Positions 12,801 through 25,357 of a stretch of 64,000 bases of DNA are shown piece after piece. The position numbers and the translations under genes are program-made. The notes beneath the pieces are model-generated. The model made no database searches, was not told the DNA's origin, and saw nothing but the letters and a program-made list of their open reading frames with translations. This DNA is from Paecilomyces variotii (taxonomy: Eukaryota): the NCBI GenBank assembly GCA_004022145.1, contig RCNU01000019.1, one strand, 5' to 3'. Every line of letters begins with the position of its first letter. The first letter of the stretch is position 1.

Positions 12801-14536
12801 GCGTTTCGTTTTTTTCTTCTTTTCTTCTTCTTTCTTTTTCTCGGATGATTTTGGGCTTCTCTACGCCTGGATTGCGGCGGCGCTGGTGGGTTCTTAGTAC
12901 GATCTATAGGTGCTCTGTTTTTTTGATCTGGTGGATGGACATCGACCCGGATCCGGGGGTCTGGCCGGTATAGCAGTATTAGTGTAAAAGTAAATGAGAG
13001 GCAATTTTCGTCATTTGATTCCTTATACCACAGGCACAGCCCGCTCTCATGAGATGCGCGATGGCAGGTTCATGCTGACCGGCATCTGACCGTCGCAGCA
13101 GGTACCCGTGGACTAGAAGATGGCATGCTGCAACGCCCACGAGCTGAGGCTGTGCTGCTGACCCGGCCACACTCGTCCATGCCACATTGATCCTGCGGGC
13201 TAGCTCGTTATCTATCTGCTCAGAGTATACCCCGACGTCATGACCGAGTCTAGTTCGATTGCTTTCATGCGGCTCTGTTTCCATTGCCTAGAGCCAAATA
13301 ATACCTGTGTTGGAAATCAACATATGTATGGCAGTGCAAGCAGCCCTCATTGGATGCGGTTGTTTGCCCGTAGGAAACAAGAGCATCTCAGCCGAGAGCC
13401 ATGCGATCTGAGAACGCGGGAGGTCTTAATAGCCCTGCAGACTTGTCGTCATGACCTCCCCAAGATCGTTCTTTTAACCATTTTCTCGATATGTGATCTC
13501 TTCTCGACTGACGTGAGACTCGGGAGAATATAGCAGAAATATATCTCGCGCGGAAGAGGGGTACGTAACTATCTCCTCACCGTTATCAACTAGAGAAACA
13601 CAAGGCCGAACGCGATCACTCTATTATTCAAACCTCACACGCATAATTCTATTCTACTTGCTTCATCAAGTCTGTAGACGCAACAGGTAGAATTCTCGAA
13701 TCCTCTACATCCACCACTTCACGGGCAGATCTCGTGCAACAGCAGCGCAGGTGCACAGACCACATGTATTGATCGCAAGCGCCGTAAGAGAAGCGCCGGC
13801 CTTGACACCTGATACGTTCTCATCCTTCCTTGACCACTGGGGGCCTGCTGAGGATGGCGCAGCAATCAACTGGGTGGCATGCGAGAATCAGTACTGACTA
13901 GGTATACTATAGTTCTCAATACGAGGCTCTCCGTGACTTCATGGATGTTCCATGCGATCCTCCATAGGCATCAGGCACTGTTTGCGGCGCATTTCGCCTT
14001 TTCCATTCATGCTCTGTTTTCTTTGGCTTTCTATATCCCTCTGGGATGTAGTTCTTTATTGCTTTTTTTCTTTTCGCCCTCCAACTTGAACTGTGTACAG
14101 GGGTTCGAATACGGATACTACTCTCGTATTAGTATCTAGCCGTTAGTTAACTACTTGCATATTTTGTACCCAACTCGCTGAGAAGTACTTAACTGAATAA
14201 GACAGAAATATCAGCACATGGAATTGCAGTTCTTGTTTCCAACGTTCTTCCTGCACGGCGAACTATTCCCCCTCTTTACCTGTGAAGTCGTTCGACTACT
14301 GTCATACTTCTTTGCCTACCGCTTCATTGGTGAAAACCACACAATTCATCGGGCAAGACGCCCACGTCCAAAGGAAGCTGTTGTTCAGCACTTCCAGGAC
14401 AAAGGGCGTCTGTGAACATCTATTGTTTTGCTGGATATTTTGATCCACGCAAGATTTTGCGGGCTTCTTTCTACTTGCCTCATCCGGTCTCTCTGAGAGT
14501 AGTTCCTTATTCGCCAGAACACCATCCAGCCTGGCT

Positions 14537-14824
14537 ATGTGCTTTATCGAATGCTACGATGACTCGGATGAACCGGTGCGAATCATCCGCCGCAGATATG
14601 ACTTCTATCGCACAGAAAGGATCCCAGTCTCGCGATATCCACCGAGGGTGATCTACACGCGTCCTCGACGATCTTGCTCGTACGTCTCTATCGACAGGTC
14701 CTACACCACGGCCACCGCTTGTGAAGAGGGAGGTGCCTCCGTCGGCCTAAGGCGCATCCTCAGTCGCTCACCGAGCGGTCGTCTTATCGAGATCCGGAAG
14801 CCGAGTTATTGGCGATACTGCTAG
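14537..14824 (+). CDS. Small Arg/Ser/Tyr-rich hypothetical protein
   Basis: 95-aa ATG ORF with coding-like composition followed by an AT/GT-rich 3'UTR-like tract; no family recognised. Confidence 0.4.
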   Translation: MCFIECYDDSDEPVRIIRRRYDFYRTERIPVSRYPPRVIYTRPRRSCSYVSIDRSYTTATACEEGGASVGLRRILSRSPSGRLIEIRKPSYWRYC

Positions 14825-16126
14825 ATGGTCATGGACTTCAACAATATATTTTAGATTGGAGTGTGGAGTTTTGTGGTTTTGATTGGATGTAATGAGTGGA
14901 TCTATGTTGTGTTGTAGAGTAAGTCTGTTTTGTAAATGTGCTCGGGTTTCATTTCTGCTTGTATCTTGTTGCAGCATTTAAGGTATTTATTTTCTGGCTG
15001 ACATAGGGTGGATCTAGTCTTTCATGTCTATGCGCACTCACGTTTCATAATATGTTTATTTGAGAGATGCGTGGTTTGAAGTTCTCGATTCCCTATGTGT
15101 ATGTATTTTCATTCTGGATCTTTATACGAAGGTTGAGTCTCTATTTACGTCCCCATACACATTCCCTTGATGACTGGACTTTTCCTATGTCGTTGTATGA
15201 TGTACCAGCACATTTTCTTGATCTCTACATACCACACACCACCGTCCTTGTTTCATGAGTTTATGATACCTCCCTAGTCGACATGTATGTATTTTGATCA
15301 GAGGTCTCTACGTTTTATACCTCCCTAGGTATATATATATATATACCACTGTCGCTCATTACCTTTTCTGTTTCCCCAATCGACAGGGTAGAACCTAGTA
15401 AATTATATACATACAGCATACTTGCATAAACGCAGACGCTGCTCCGAATACTACATTAACCAATCACCATACCCCGACACTTCCTCCACAAGTACCATAC
15501 TCTGTACAGTACCTAGACATAATACCCTAGAGTGATCAACTCTTTCCCCACCGATGATCATCGATCGACTAATTCACTTAATGCTTAATGCTAGCAGACT
15601 TACCACGCGCCCTATCCTTCGCTTTATTATAATATCCATCAAGTGGTTGTAGAAGTATATTTGTCCCTGATGAACCGAATGCGCGTAATTACTTACTGCA
15701 AGCGTGCCGCCGATCCCGCATGACGTCATGAGACTAGAACAACGCCCTCGGATACAGCGGGGTTTTTATTACCAAGATTCTGCTGAGATCTGAAATCCTT
15801 GCTGGATATTAACTGAAGGGACTTTTAGTTTTTCTTTATTCTCTTCTTGTTTTGTGGACGTTTCTGTTGAGTTATCCGAGATCGATCCTGATCGTGAGGA
15901 AGGTGCTACCTAACTACCTAACTACGGGGTGATCGATCGAGCTCAGCGACTACTAGGTAACTACCTAAAGAGTGGAATTTGCTGCAGAGTGGCGGAGATT
16001 ATTTCCGGGTGTTGTCTTATAGCAAAGAGAGGAAGATTCAATATTGCAGCCAAAGCTGAAGTGTCGGTTTAGTCACGGTTTCCTGTTGGTCTACTGTTTG
16101 AAGTTGAAGTTTCGAAGAGTTTCAAC

Positions 16127-17219
16127 ATGTAAGTGAAGATTCTGTTGTCTGCGAGAATTATCCAGGAGAATACCTGCTGATGATTTCTTCCTAGGAATCG
16201 ATCACTGTCTGTCCGAACCAGGAACCAGTCCGAGAGAGGACCTGGTCGGCATCGCTTCTCCATGGCAACTCTGCGAGGTATGCAGCAGCCTGAGCTTAGC
16301 AAAAAGCTATACAAGATCATCAAGAACGAGAATGTGGTCATCGGAGGCTACGAATCCGCCGGGCGCGAGCGTGTCGCCATCGCAGCTCAGCTGTCGGACT
16401 GGGGTGAAACCACGGGAGATGACGCTGTCTCGGATATCTCAGACAAGCTGGGCGTCCTGCTTGCAGAAATTGGAGAGCAGGAAGACTACTTTGCGCAGAA
16501 CCTGGAGGATTACCGTAGTATCCTGAAGCAGATCCGGAATACGGAGAGCTCTGTCCAGCCTTCCCGCGACAATAGAGCGAAGATCCAGGATGAGATTCAG
16601 AAGCTGAAATATAGGGATCCTACGAACACCAAGTTGGTTTCGCTGGAACAGGAACTTGTCAGGGCAGAGGCCCAGAATCTGGTCGCTGAGGCTCAGTTGA
16701 CCAATGTGGTATGTTTTCTCTGATAGTGTGCTCATCCTGCGGCAATCGACTGATTTCCCTGCGTGATAGACAAGACAAAAGCTGAAGGAGGCCTACGATT
16801 TACATCTGGCCGCCACAATCGAACGAGCTGAGAAGCAGATCATTCTTGCCCGCCAAGGCCGTCGACTGCTGAATCTGCTGGATGATACCCCTGTGGTTCC
16901 TGGGGACCCGCGGCAGCCATATGAACGCGGAAATGACGCACGCCAGATTCTCGAGGATGCGGACAATGAGCTGCGTGCTTGGGAGCCCCATGTCGAGCCA
17001 GTCGAACGCGGAGGAGAGTTAGCATCGAATTTGATGCCCGGATCTGCTAATCAGCAAGGGGAGCAGGCAGAAGATACGATCCTAGGTACTCCTGCTCCTG
17101 TCGCGGACGTTGATGGAGCAGCGGAGAGAGTTACCCATCAAAGGGAGGAGACCCAGTCAACGACGGCTAGCACGACAACAGAAAGGCCAAGCGGCTCAAG
17201 ACTAGAGCCCACAGTCTAA
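16127..17219 (+). CDS. pilB: Eisosome BAR-domain protein, Pil1/Lsp1 family (pilB-like)
   Basis: MNRSLSVRT, QLSDWG, ISDKLGVLL, IRNTESSVQPSRD, LEQELVRAEAQNLVAEAQLTN; introns 16129-16194 (splits the ATG) and about 16709-16769. Confidence 0.92.
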
Positions 17220-17702
17220 CGTTGTATTATCGTCCTGTCTGTTTAGGTTCTGTATTGCATTAGTAGTAATCGTTCATAATGGTAACTAGTGGAGGACGCG
17301 ATGCGTTGAGGTTTGCAAAGTTAGCTTTCGTGTTATAAGTAACGATTTCTCCTCTTCCAGGCTAGAGGCTATCATTTAATTGACCTAGTGGATTACAATT
17401 CTTCGTCAATATTCATTTGAAGACACTGAGTAGTTACAGAATAGAGATGAGCTCTCCTCGTTTTTAGCGTCTGAAATCGAGTGTTATCGACATGGTTAGA
17501 TAAGCAATTCGTTCACGTGACGTGGCAGGCGCCAGCTGTGACGCGAAGCTCGGAGCTCCAGCATCACCAGGAGCTCCGCTAGAGCTTCAATTCAGTCTCC
17601 TTTCACGAATCCAGACACTACATCGTGTCGCCTGTACATCATCTTCTTTGCTACGTCTTTACACCTCTCCCTGCCATCCTCGCCGCGCTTGTCCCTCCCG
17701 TC

Positions 17703-18957
17703 ATGGATACGATAGTCGCCCAGTACACTCGCTCGCCCTTCCAGCATGAGTCTTATTCAGAGGAAGAGCAGCGCAACCTCACAGAGAGCCTCCCACCGCT
17801 ATCTCTAAAGTTCGATCTTCCTCCTGTTGATAATGTAGGTCGCCCAGACTCAACTCTTCCAACCTGCAGACGTGGCTGCTACTCTCAGTTGGAAGGCACA
17901 ATTACGGAAACATAGACTGACAGTTATTGACATCTATCTAGTCCTCTGCCTTTCTTCGTGCTATGACAGATGACCACTCGAATCCAAGCTGTCCCATAAA
18001 ACTCGCTCACGGAACGACGACACTGGCGTTCCGATTCCAGCATGGAATCGTACGTTTTAGGCCCCGCTACCCTACCGGTTATATAATACTGATGGATCGC
18101 GGTTAGATTGTTGCTACGGATTCGAGAGCTACGGCAGGAAACTGGATTGCCAGTCAGACAGTGAAGAAGGTCATTCCCGTGTCGCGGTTGAGTCTGGCGT
18201 TGGACAGTGACAGGCCGAAGGACGAGCCTGTCCCGGGTCTTCTGGGCACTATGGCTGGTGGTGCGGCGGTATGTTGTTTGGACTCCGATTTTCAACCTTC
18301 CAATATAAGATATTGTGGGTTGTGGGACGCTGATGGGTATGCTTGTTACTAGGACTGCCAGTACTGGCTGCGATATTTGGGTCAGCAGTGCACGCTTCAT
18401 GGTCAGTATATTCTATCGTTTTTTTCCAGATATCAGATAACCTAACGGGACAACAGAGCTGCGACACAAGCGCCGTATCACTGTCGCTGCCGCTTCCAAG
18501 ATCCTCGCAAACCTCACCTACTCGTACAAGGGAATGGGACTGAGCATGGGAACCATGTTGGCAGGCGTATGTCAAACCGCTTTCCGTGTCTCCACACCGT
18601 CGATACTGACATCCATTGCAGATGACGCCGCAAGAAGGACCTGCCCTCTACTACATCGACTCCGACGGAACACGGATGCCAGGCAACCTGTTCTGTGTCG
18701 GGTCCGGTCAGACCTTCGCCTACGGTGTGCTGGACGCTGAGTACCGCTACGACCTGACGACCGAAGAGGCTCTGGAGCTCGGAAGGAGAAGTATCCTGGC
18801 TGCTACGCACAGAGATGCGTACTCCGGTGGTTTCATTAACCTGTACCACGTCAAGGAGGAAGGATGGGTCCACCACGGCTTTGACGACACCAACCCCATC
18901 TTCTGGAAGACGAAGTTGGAGAAGGGTGAATTCTCTAATGTCACGGCGGAGCTATAA
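17703..18957 (+). CDS. PRE2: 20S proteasome subunit beta-5
   Basis: Propeptide followed by [45 protein letters not shown]; several short introns. Confidence 0.96.
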
Positions 18958-19592
18958 ATTTCCCTCCCTGCCGTTTCTTTCTAGTTATGTCGCAGGATAG
19001 TTAGATGAGAGGAATGACCAATGCTGTATAATCTATACAGCTATTTTTCTTAATAAGAACGCAATTCTTAGTAGAAAACGAATGTTTATATATACCGTGT
19101 CACATGCTGTTGCAACACGAATGACATGACCGTACGGGAGAGCATAGCAAGTCTTATTAGACGCGAATTCGTAGATTCCGCCTTTGATCACGAAAGGCGA
19201 GAGATGAAGATAGAAGAAAATCCATTTCCTTCTCCTATCTAGCCTCCAGGCTCCCACCAGCACCAACTAAGCTAACTTAACCTACCTAGGTACATGTCGC
19301 AGAGCTTAACCCAGAATTGCTTTCTAAGGTTGCACTTATGTACGTAATTCCATAGCTTAGCACATCGCTATACCCTATGGGAGGTCAACCAGGTATGCCC
19401 CGCGGACGTGAATGAATACTACTACTCCTACCCGGTATGTACCTCCCTGGTTCGACGCGAGACATTCATCTATCACAGTGACTATGTGACATTCTCCTTT
19501 AAGGGGACTTTTGCATTTTTCTTGCATGTTACTTCCCTCGCTATTTCTTTCTCTTCATCCTTTTCGTCATGCTTTTGGGTTATTTTATCTGC

Positions 19593-20613
19593 TAGAGATC
19601 CAGGCAGATCAACTAGGAGTTCTCCTTTTTGGTCGACTGGCAGAAAGCCATTATTATCCTTTGAGTCACCTTCAGCTTTGCTTACGCAGTGATCTTGCAA
19701 GTGGAATATACTTCAAAGCTCCCCTTTCCTCTTCAAATATACCACTATCCACGTTCGCTATGTCTGACTTCGACGACGCCGATCTGGTCGCACGGTTACA
19801 GTCTCTAAACACCGAGTTATCTAAAACACCTCCTAACCCTACCAATATATTTAGTACTCGTCCCTTCCTTGCTTCTGACGCTCTAGCAAAAGTGAAGCAG
19901 ATAGACGAAACAATACAAGAGACAGGGCTTACGGCCGGTATTATCGAAACGAAAACATTCTCTCCAGAAGCCGGCTTGGAAGAACAAGCTGAGCAGAAAC
20001 TATCTCAGTTTAAACCCAGCTCACGTACAGATGATACGGGTTTAATATTGAAGAGTTTTCTTGATCATTTGCCCCGTGATCAAGGTAGAGAGGTTTTAGT
20101 CAGGTATATTGCTGGATCTGAGGATGCTGGTGCTCTTCGTTCTCTTGCAGATTATCTGTATACGACTCTTTTGGCTCCGTGTAAGTTCTGTTCTGATAAA
20201 AAAAAGTATTCTTATATCTACCTGCCAATTAGCTGATTTTGACCTAATCTAATAGTTAAAGCCTGTGGAGCAAAGACACCTGTGGTAGAGCCCTCTCCTC
20301 TTAGTAGGGAGGGAACCCGGCCTGATGATGATGTTGAAAAACGCTGTTCTGAAAGAGACGAATATCGATGCATGCTTACTCGCTTACCTGATGTTGAGGC
20401 TAAAAACAGATTTCCCGACATCACCTTCCAGAAGGAGGACTTCATAGAAACTCGCGCGTGCCACATCATCCCATATGCGTTAGGGCACTGCTCAAATCGT
20501 CAACGGGTTGGTATTGTTCTTGTTCGTTTACTTCACTTTGGTTTTTATCTTCTGATGGCTTTCTGCCAGTCGACCAAAAAGGAGAACTCCTTGTTGGTCT
20601 GCCTGGATCTCTA
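19593..20613. repeat. 59-bp inverted repeat pair (arms 19593-19651 and 20555-20613)
   Basis: Arm B ATGGCTTTCTGCCAGTCGACCAAAAAGGAGAACTCCTTGTTGGTCTGCCTGGATCTCTA is the reverse complement of arm A with 2 differences; spacer 903 bp. Confidence 0.95.
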
Positions 20614-21164
20614 ACATCTTCTAAAATTAATTCACAGAAAGATCGACTGTCCAAGCTATGGGCTTCTCTATTTCTCTTCTTTCCATCCCTCGCAGGTATT
20701 ATGGACCCATACCAGACAAACGAAACAAGAAACATCATGACGCTATGGGAGATCTTTAGCACGCAGTTCGGGAAGCTACATATGGCCTTGGAGCCAACGG
20801 TATGTGTGCATTCAGTCTCCTGACATGAATTAAGAGATAATATTTACTTACTTATTCACTTTCTAGGCTGATGATCATACGTATAAGATCATCGTGTACC
20901 TTGGAATTGCCGGGCAGGTATGCAAGAGATCTACCTGTCCCGGATGCAAATGGTGATCGGTTTATTACCTTCAAACAGTATAGTGATTGCGAGCTTCCTA
21001 GTCGGGTATTGTTAGAGACTCATGCGAGTATTGCGAGGATCCTTCATGCTTCGGGGAAGGGGGATGAGATTGATGAAATTTTAAGTGATGGCTATGAAAT
21101 ACGGCATCTTGCATTGGACGGGGAGACTAATGTTCGGAGGATTGTTCCTGTGTTGTTGTATTAG
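19760..21164 (+). CDS. Fungal HNH_2-like (HNH endonuclease domain) protein, possibly frameshifted or pseudogene
   Basis: RDEYRCMLT, ACHIIPYALG, NIMTL...FGKLHMALEPT, LPSRVLLETHASIARILHASG resemble fungal HNH_2 proteins; introns 20181-20255, 20507-20637, 20800-20866; frame break near 20910-20978. Confidence 0.72.
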
Positions 21165-21503
21165 TTCTACGTAGAGATGGGACCAGCGAAAGGCTGTCCG
21201 GTGTCCACTTGATGTTATAATACCTAACACATTCGTGTGTGCTTACTGCGTTTGAGAGATCTTTCTTAAACTAGAATAGAGGGATTTTGCTGCTCTGGCA
21301 AGATCGAATAGATATCTAGATACAAATAAACACTTTCCTTACACACAGGACGCAAGACAGAAAAAATCAGGACTTGCAAAACACCTTTCCAATATGCTCT
21401 TTTGGGGGACCATCTTATCTTATCATGCGTGATTGAATATAATCTTTTTTTTCCCTTTCTTCTTCTATGTGGCCTCCTGGCCTTTTCTCTTTTTATTTTA
21501 AGG

Positions 21504-24500
21504 TTAATTCTCCACCCAGAACTTCATCCGAATGCCCATAGCAGCCAGCTCGACGTCCAAGTAGCGAAGAACACCGGGAACCGCGACCACCGTAACGTTA
21601 TCTCCGCCAACGAAGCGTTTGCCGTTGCCATCCTCCCAGATATCGGCGCGGGAGTCCTCAAAGACTGCTTCGCGCGCACAGCGTCTGCAGCGGACGATGC
21701 CGGCCACGCCGCCAACGGCACCGACACCCGCGGTGGAAGTGGGCTGGTTGGGAGCAGCGTTGACGGCCGCAGCGGCGGCGCCGGGGTTGCGGCCCTTGTT
21801 GGAGCCGACGTTAGCGACGGCGACTTGGGCGGAGAGGAAAGAGCCGCAAGAGCGACAGATCCAGGCGCGTTGAGTGTCAGAGCAGTTCATCAGACGGTCT
21901 TGAAGAAGGAATGCAGCGCCGTGGGCGAGGAGGGAGTCACGCTCCATCTCTCCGACACGGATACCACCTCCCTTGGCACGACCCTTGACGGGCTGGCCGG
22001 TGATGCCGTTGACGGGACCGGTGGTACGGACTTGGAACTTGTCGTTCACCATGTGTCGCAGACGCTGGTAGTGGACGACACCCAGGTAGATGTCCGCGGC
22101 GAATTCGCGACCTGTGATTCCACTGTACATGGGCTCGTTTCCGTGGTAGTTGTAACCTGCTTTGCGGAGCTGGTGGCCGAAGTAGTCGGCCGCCGTGTTC
22201 TCTTCGGAGAACTGGAAAGGTGTCGAGTCCTGGGGATGACCGTGCAGGGCGCCGGCCTTGCCAGCCATGGACTCGATCATCTGGGCGATTGTCATACCTG
22301 TTGAGCGTTAGTAGAATGTCCTCTCACGGGGTTTCCTGGGGATGATCAACTTACGAGATGGGAAAGCGTGAGGGTTGATGATGAGATCAGGCTGGATACC
22401 GCTCTCAGAGAAAGGCATATCGATAGCGGGCCACAGTTGAGAGCAGACACCCTTCTGTCCGTGACGGGAGGAGAACTTGTCACCGATAATAGGCTTTCTG
22501 GGAATGCGGTACTTCACACTGATGGACTGGCAAGGCTCAGTTCCACTTTCGGCACCCATGATGCGGACGCTGTCAATGTAGCCCGCTTCGGCGTCCTTGA
22601 ACTTCATGAAGTGCGTCTGACCGTCAACATTTATGTACGAGTCTGATGCAGCATCATACCGGACGTTATGCCACGCCGCAATATAATCGCCCTCCTTGAC
22701 GTGAGCACCAATGTGTGGGAAACCGTCTTCATCGAGGGTCTTTCGCCACTCCGCTTTGATCAGGTCGCCAGGAGCGAAGCCAAATAGCTTGGTTACTTCG
22801 CGTCTTGACTTTCCTCGTCGAGAGTCCTTCTCATCCAGAGAATGGATCTTGGTCTTGTATACCGTACCGTAACCGAACCCACGCTCGTGAGAGGACTTGT
22901 TGATGATCATTGCGTCGTCCATGTCGTAACCGGTGTATGAAATGATAGCAACAACAGCGTTTGTGCCGTTGGGGAAGTTGTCCAGTCCGTAGGCATTGTA
23001 GAGCGGGGGACGCACGATAGGCGTCTGACCTGTCTGTAGTCGGTAGAGCTTGTTGTCTGTGCGGTATGCAATGGAAGTTCCAGGAGTACCCATAGTCTGC
23101 TTGCTCATCTGGCACTGGTACATGTTTCGAGGAGACTGGTTGTAATCGGAGAAGGGCGTCATGTTGGCCACGATAGAGAGGATGTTGGTAGGAGTGAATT
23201 CGATATGAGTGGAAAGACCGGAAATGATATCTTCCTTGAGGCATGCAATCTCCATGAATGGCTGTTCAAAGGGTCCGACATAGTCGAGCTTCTCCAGGGG
23301 CAGATACTTGACCTCACGGAACATTCTTGCCGCCTGGGAGAACATGTAGATACCCGGATATTGACCGCCGTTCGAGTTGGGAACATAACCGATTTCCAGC
23401 TCGCGGGGAATATTGTGCGAACCCTCCACCTTCCAGTACCTCAGGGTATCGGCGATCATCTTAGCCTGCTCTGGCGAACAGTAACCGATAATGCGTCCGT
23501 CCAACTGCACGACGACACTTTCATCGACTGCGACAGATGAATGAGAACGCACACCAAGCTGGACGAGTACTCTGGGCAAGTGTGACACCTCAAGATTATC
23601 GGTTGCGACAAGGCACTTGTGCGCAAGATGATTCAACAGACCACAGGGCGAACCATCGGGGGTATGAACAGGGCACAAGAAACCCCAACTCTCGGGCAAT
23701 AGCTTTCTGACGGTTGTAGTCTTGAGCTGTGCGAAGAAACTACCTCTGTGGATCATGCGGAAATGACTGATGAAACGGTAGAAGTTGATCTTCTCTGCCA
23801 TAACCGTATAACCCGAAGCCTGTTGCATATCCAGACCAGTCGGACTCACGAGGTTACCCGTCGACAGGAAATACTCCAGAGCGCCTCCAATGTTCTCGTT
23901 GGAGCGTTTCACAATCTTTGAGAGGAAATCCCTCTCGAACGCCGGGTCAGTGAACTTTGCGCCGTTGTTCCGCATACACCAATCTCTTGCAATAGGACCG
24001 AGAGACCTGAGCCACTCCTCGATTCTCTCCTTGAGGATCATTCCGTACAAGAATCCTCCCAGCAAGATTTCCTGGTTGGAGATGGCATCGGGGTTGTCCA
24101 TGGCACAGTCACCAGCAACCAGCGCGTAGAGTTTCCGGATCATGAACATAACCATCTTGAATTTGTCGTGGTCCTGGGCCTCGGTGACATTCTGGTTACC
24201 CAGATGGGGCAGGACAACCTTGCGCAAGAATTCAGTTCCGACGTCCTCATTCGATATATCTTCTGGGACACCAAGGACTGGTCTGAACTTCTCACCCAAG
24301 TAAGAACGGACAGCCGATCGGCTGTGCAGATTGTATCCCTTATACGTTCTCAGCAGCAATTCCACACGGTCCGTCACGAAGGTGTTGTTGATGCCCTTGG
24401 AATTGGAGCCTCCGACGATACCCTCAAAAATCTCGCGATCGTTGGTCTCGACAAGAGCCTTTAGAATCATCATGACCGGCACGAGGTACTCATTTTTGCG

Positions 24501-25357
24501 CCACGAGAAACGGAAGGTTACGTTTCCGTCGCTCAGATAGTGGAGGACGTTGGTCTGCGAGGTCTGGTCGGGTCTGACCGATCGGATCTGAATACCGAAT
24601 TTGGTGTATGTGTGACCACGCTTCACGAACGAGTTTCTGATGATAGCCAGGGGGTAGTTGCGTTTGGAGACGATCAGCATTCGAATCAGCTTTTCGTTAC
24701 CATTGACGATGAAATAACCGCCCAGTTCTTCCGATTCTTCCTTATGATCAACCAATTCTTGCGGAGTCGCATTCTCGAGGTGGCAGCGATTGCTCTGTTA
24801 CGGTCAGCATCGAATAGATCACTGGCGCCAAAAGGAATATTGCGATGGCTCCTTACCCTCAGCATGATGGGAACCTGACCCAATTCCCGGATGCTCTCCT
24901 GCCAGTCGCCATTGTTGACCTGGTATTCGAGCCTTGCGCGCAGCTTGCCTCGATAGGTAGCATGTCTCTCACGGCATTCCGCTGGATAGATGTTTCGGTT
25001 ACGGGTCGTGAATTTGTTCGAGGGAGGCAGCACAGCCTTTTCCAAAAACACTTCCTTGACGCGAACATTGAGACGGTTCCGCTTTGGGGCCTTTCTGCCC
25101 TCTGCCAGCCGGACCTTTCGCTGCTCAGCGGTCTCCGGGAAGCCGTCTAGGAAGGTTTTTGTGCCAATATCCTTCAATGCAGCCTCCAGGGTCTTGGTGC
25201 CTTCGAAGAGCGCATTGAAAGAATCGACATGCGGTCGGATGGCTGCGGCCAGAGAAGGAAATGCCGTCTTGTCCTTTGGGGGGTGTCTGAAGAGGCGCTC
25301 ACGACGCAGAGTATCGAACCCGACGGTCCACTCTGTGTCTGTGGCAGAGGGAGCCAT
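21504..25357 (-). CDS. RPA135: RNA polymerase I second-largest subunit
   Basis: [57 protein letters not shown]; introns 24795-24856 and 22298-22354. Confidence 0.98.

Noticed and set aside
19482-19700. ORF sharing the peptide GFLPVDQKGELLV with ORF 20458-20823
   Set aside because: Artefact of translating the two inverted-repeat arms; arm B is intronic.
21402-22304. 300-aa + strand ORF antisense to RPA135
   Set aside because: Antisense shadow of a GC3-rich conserved gene.
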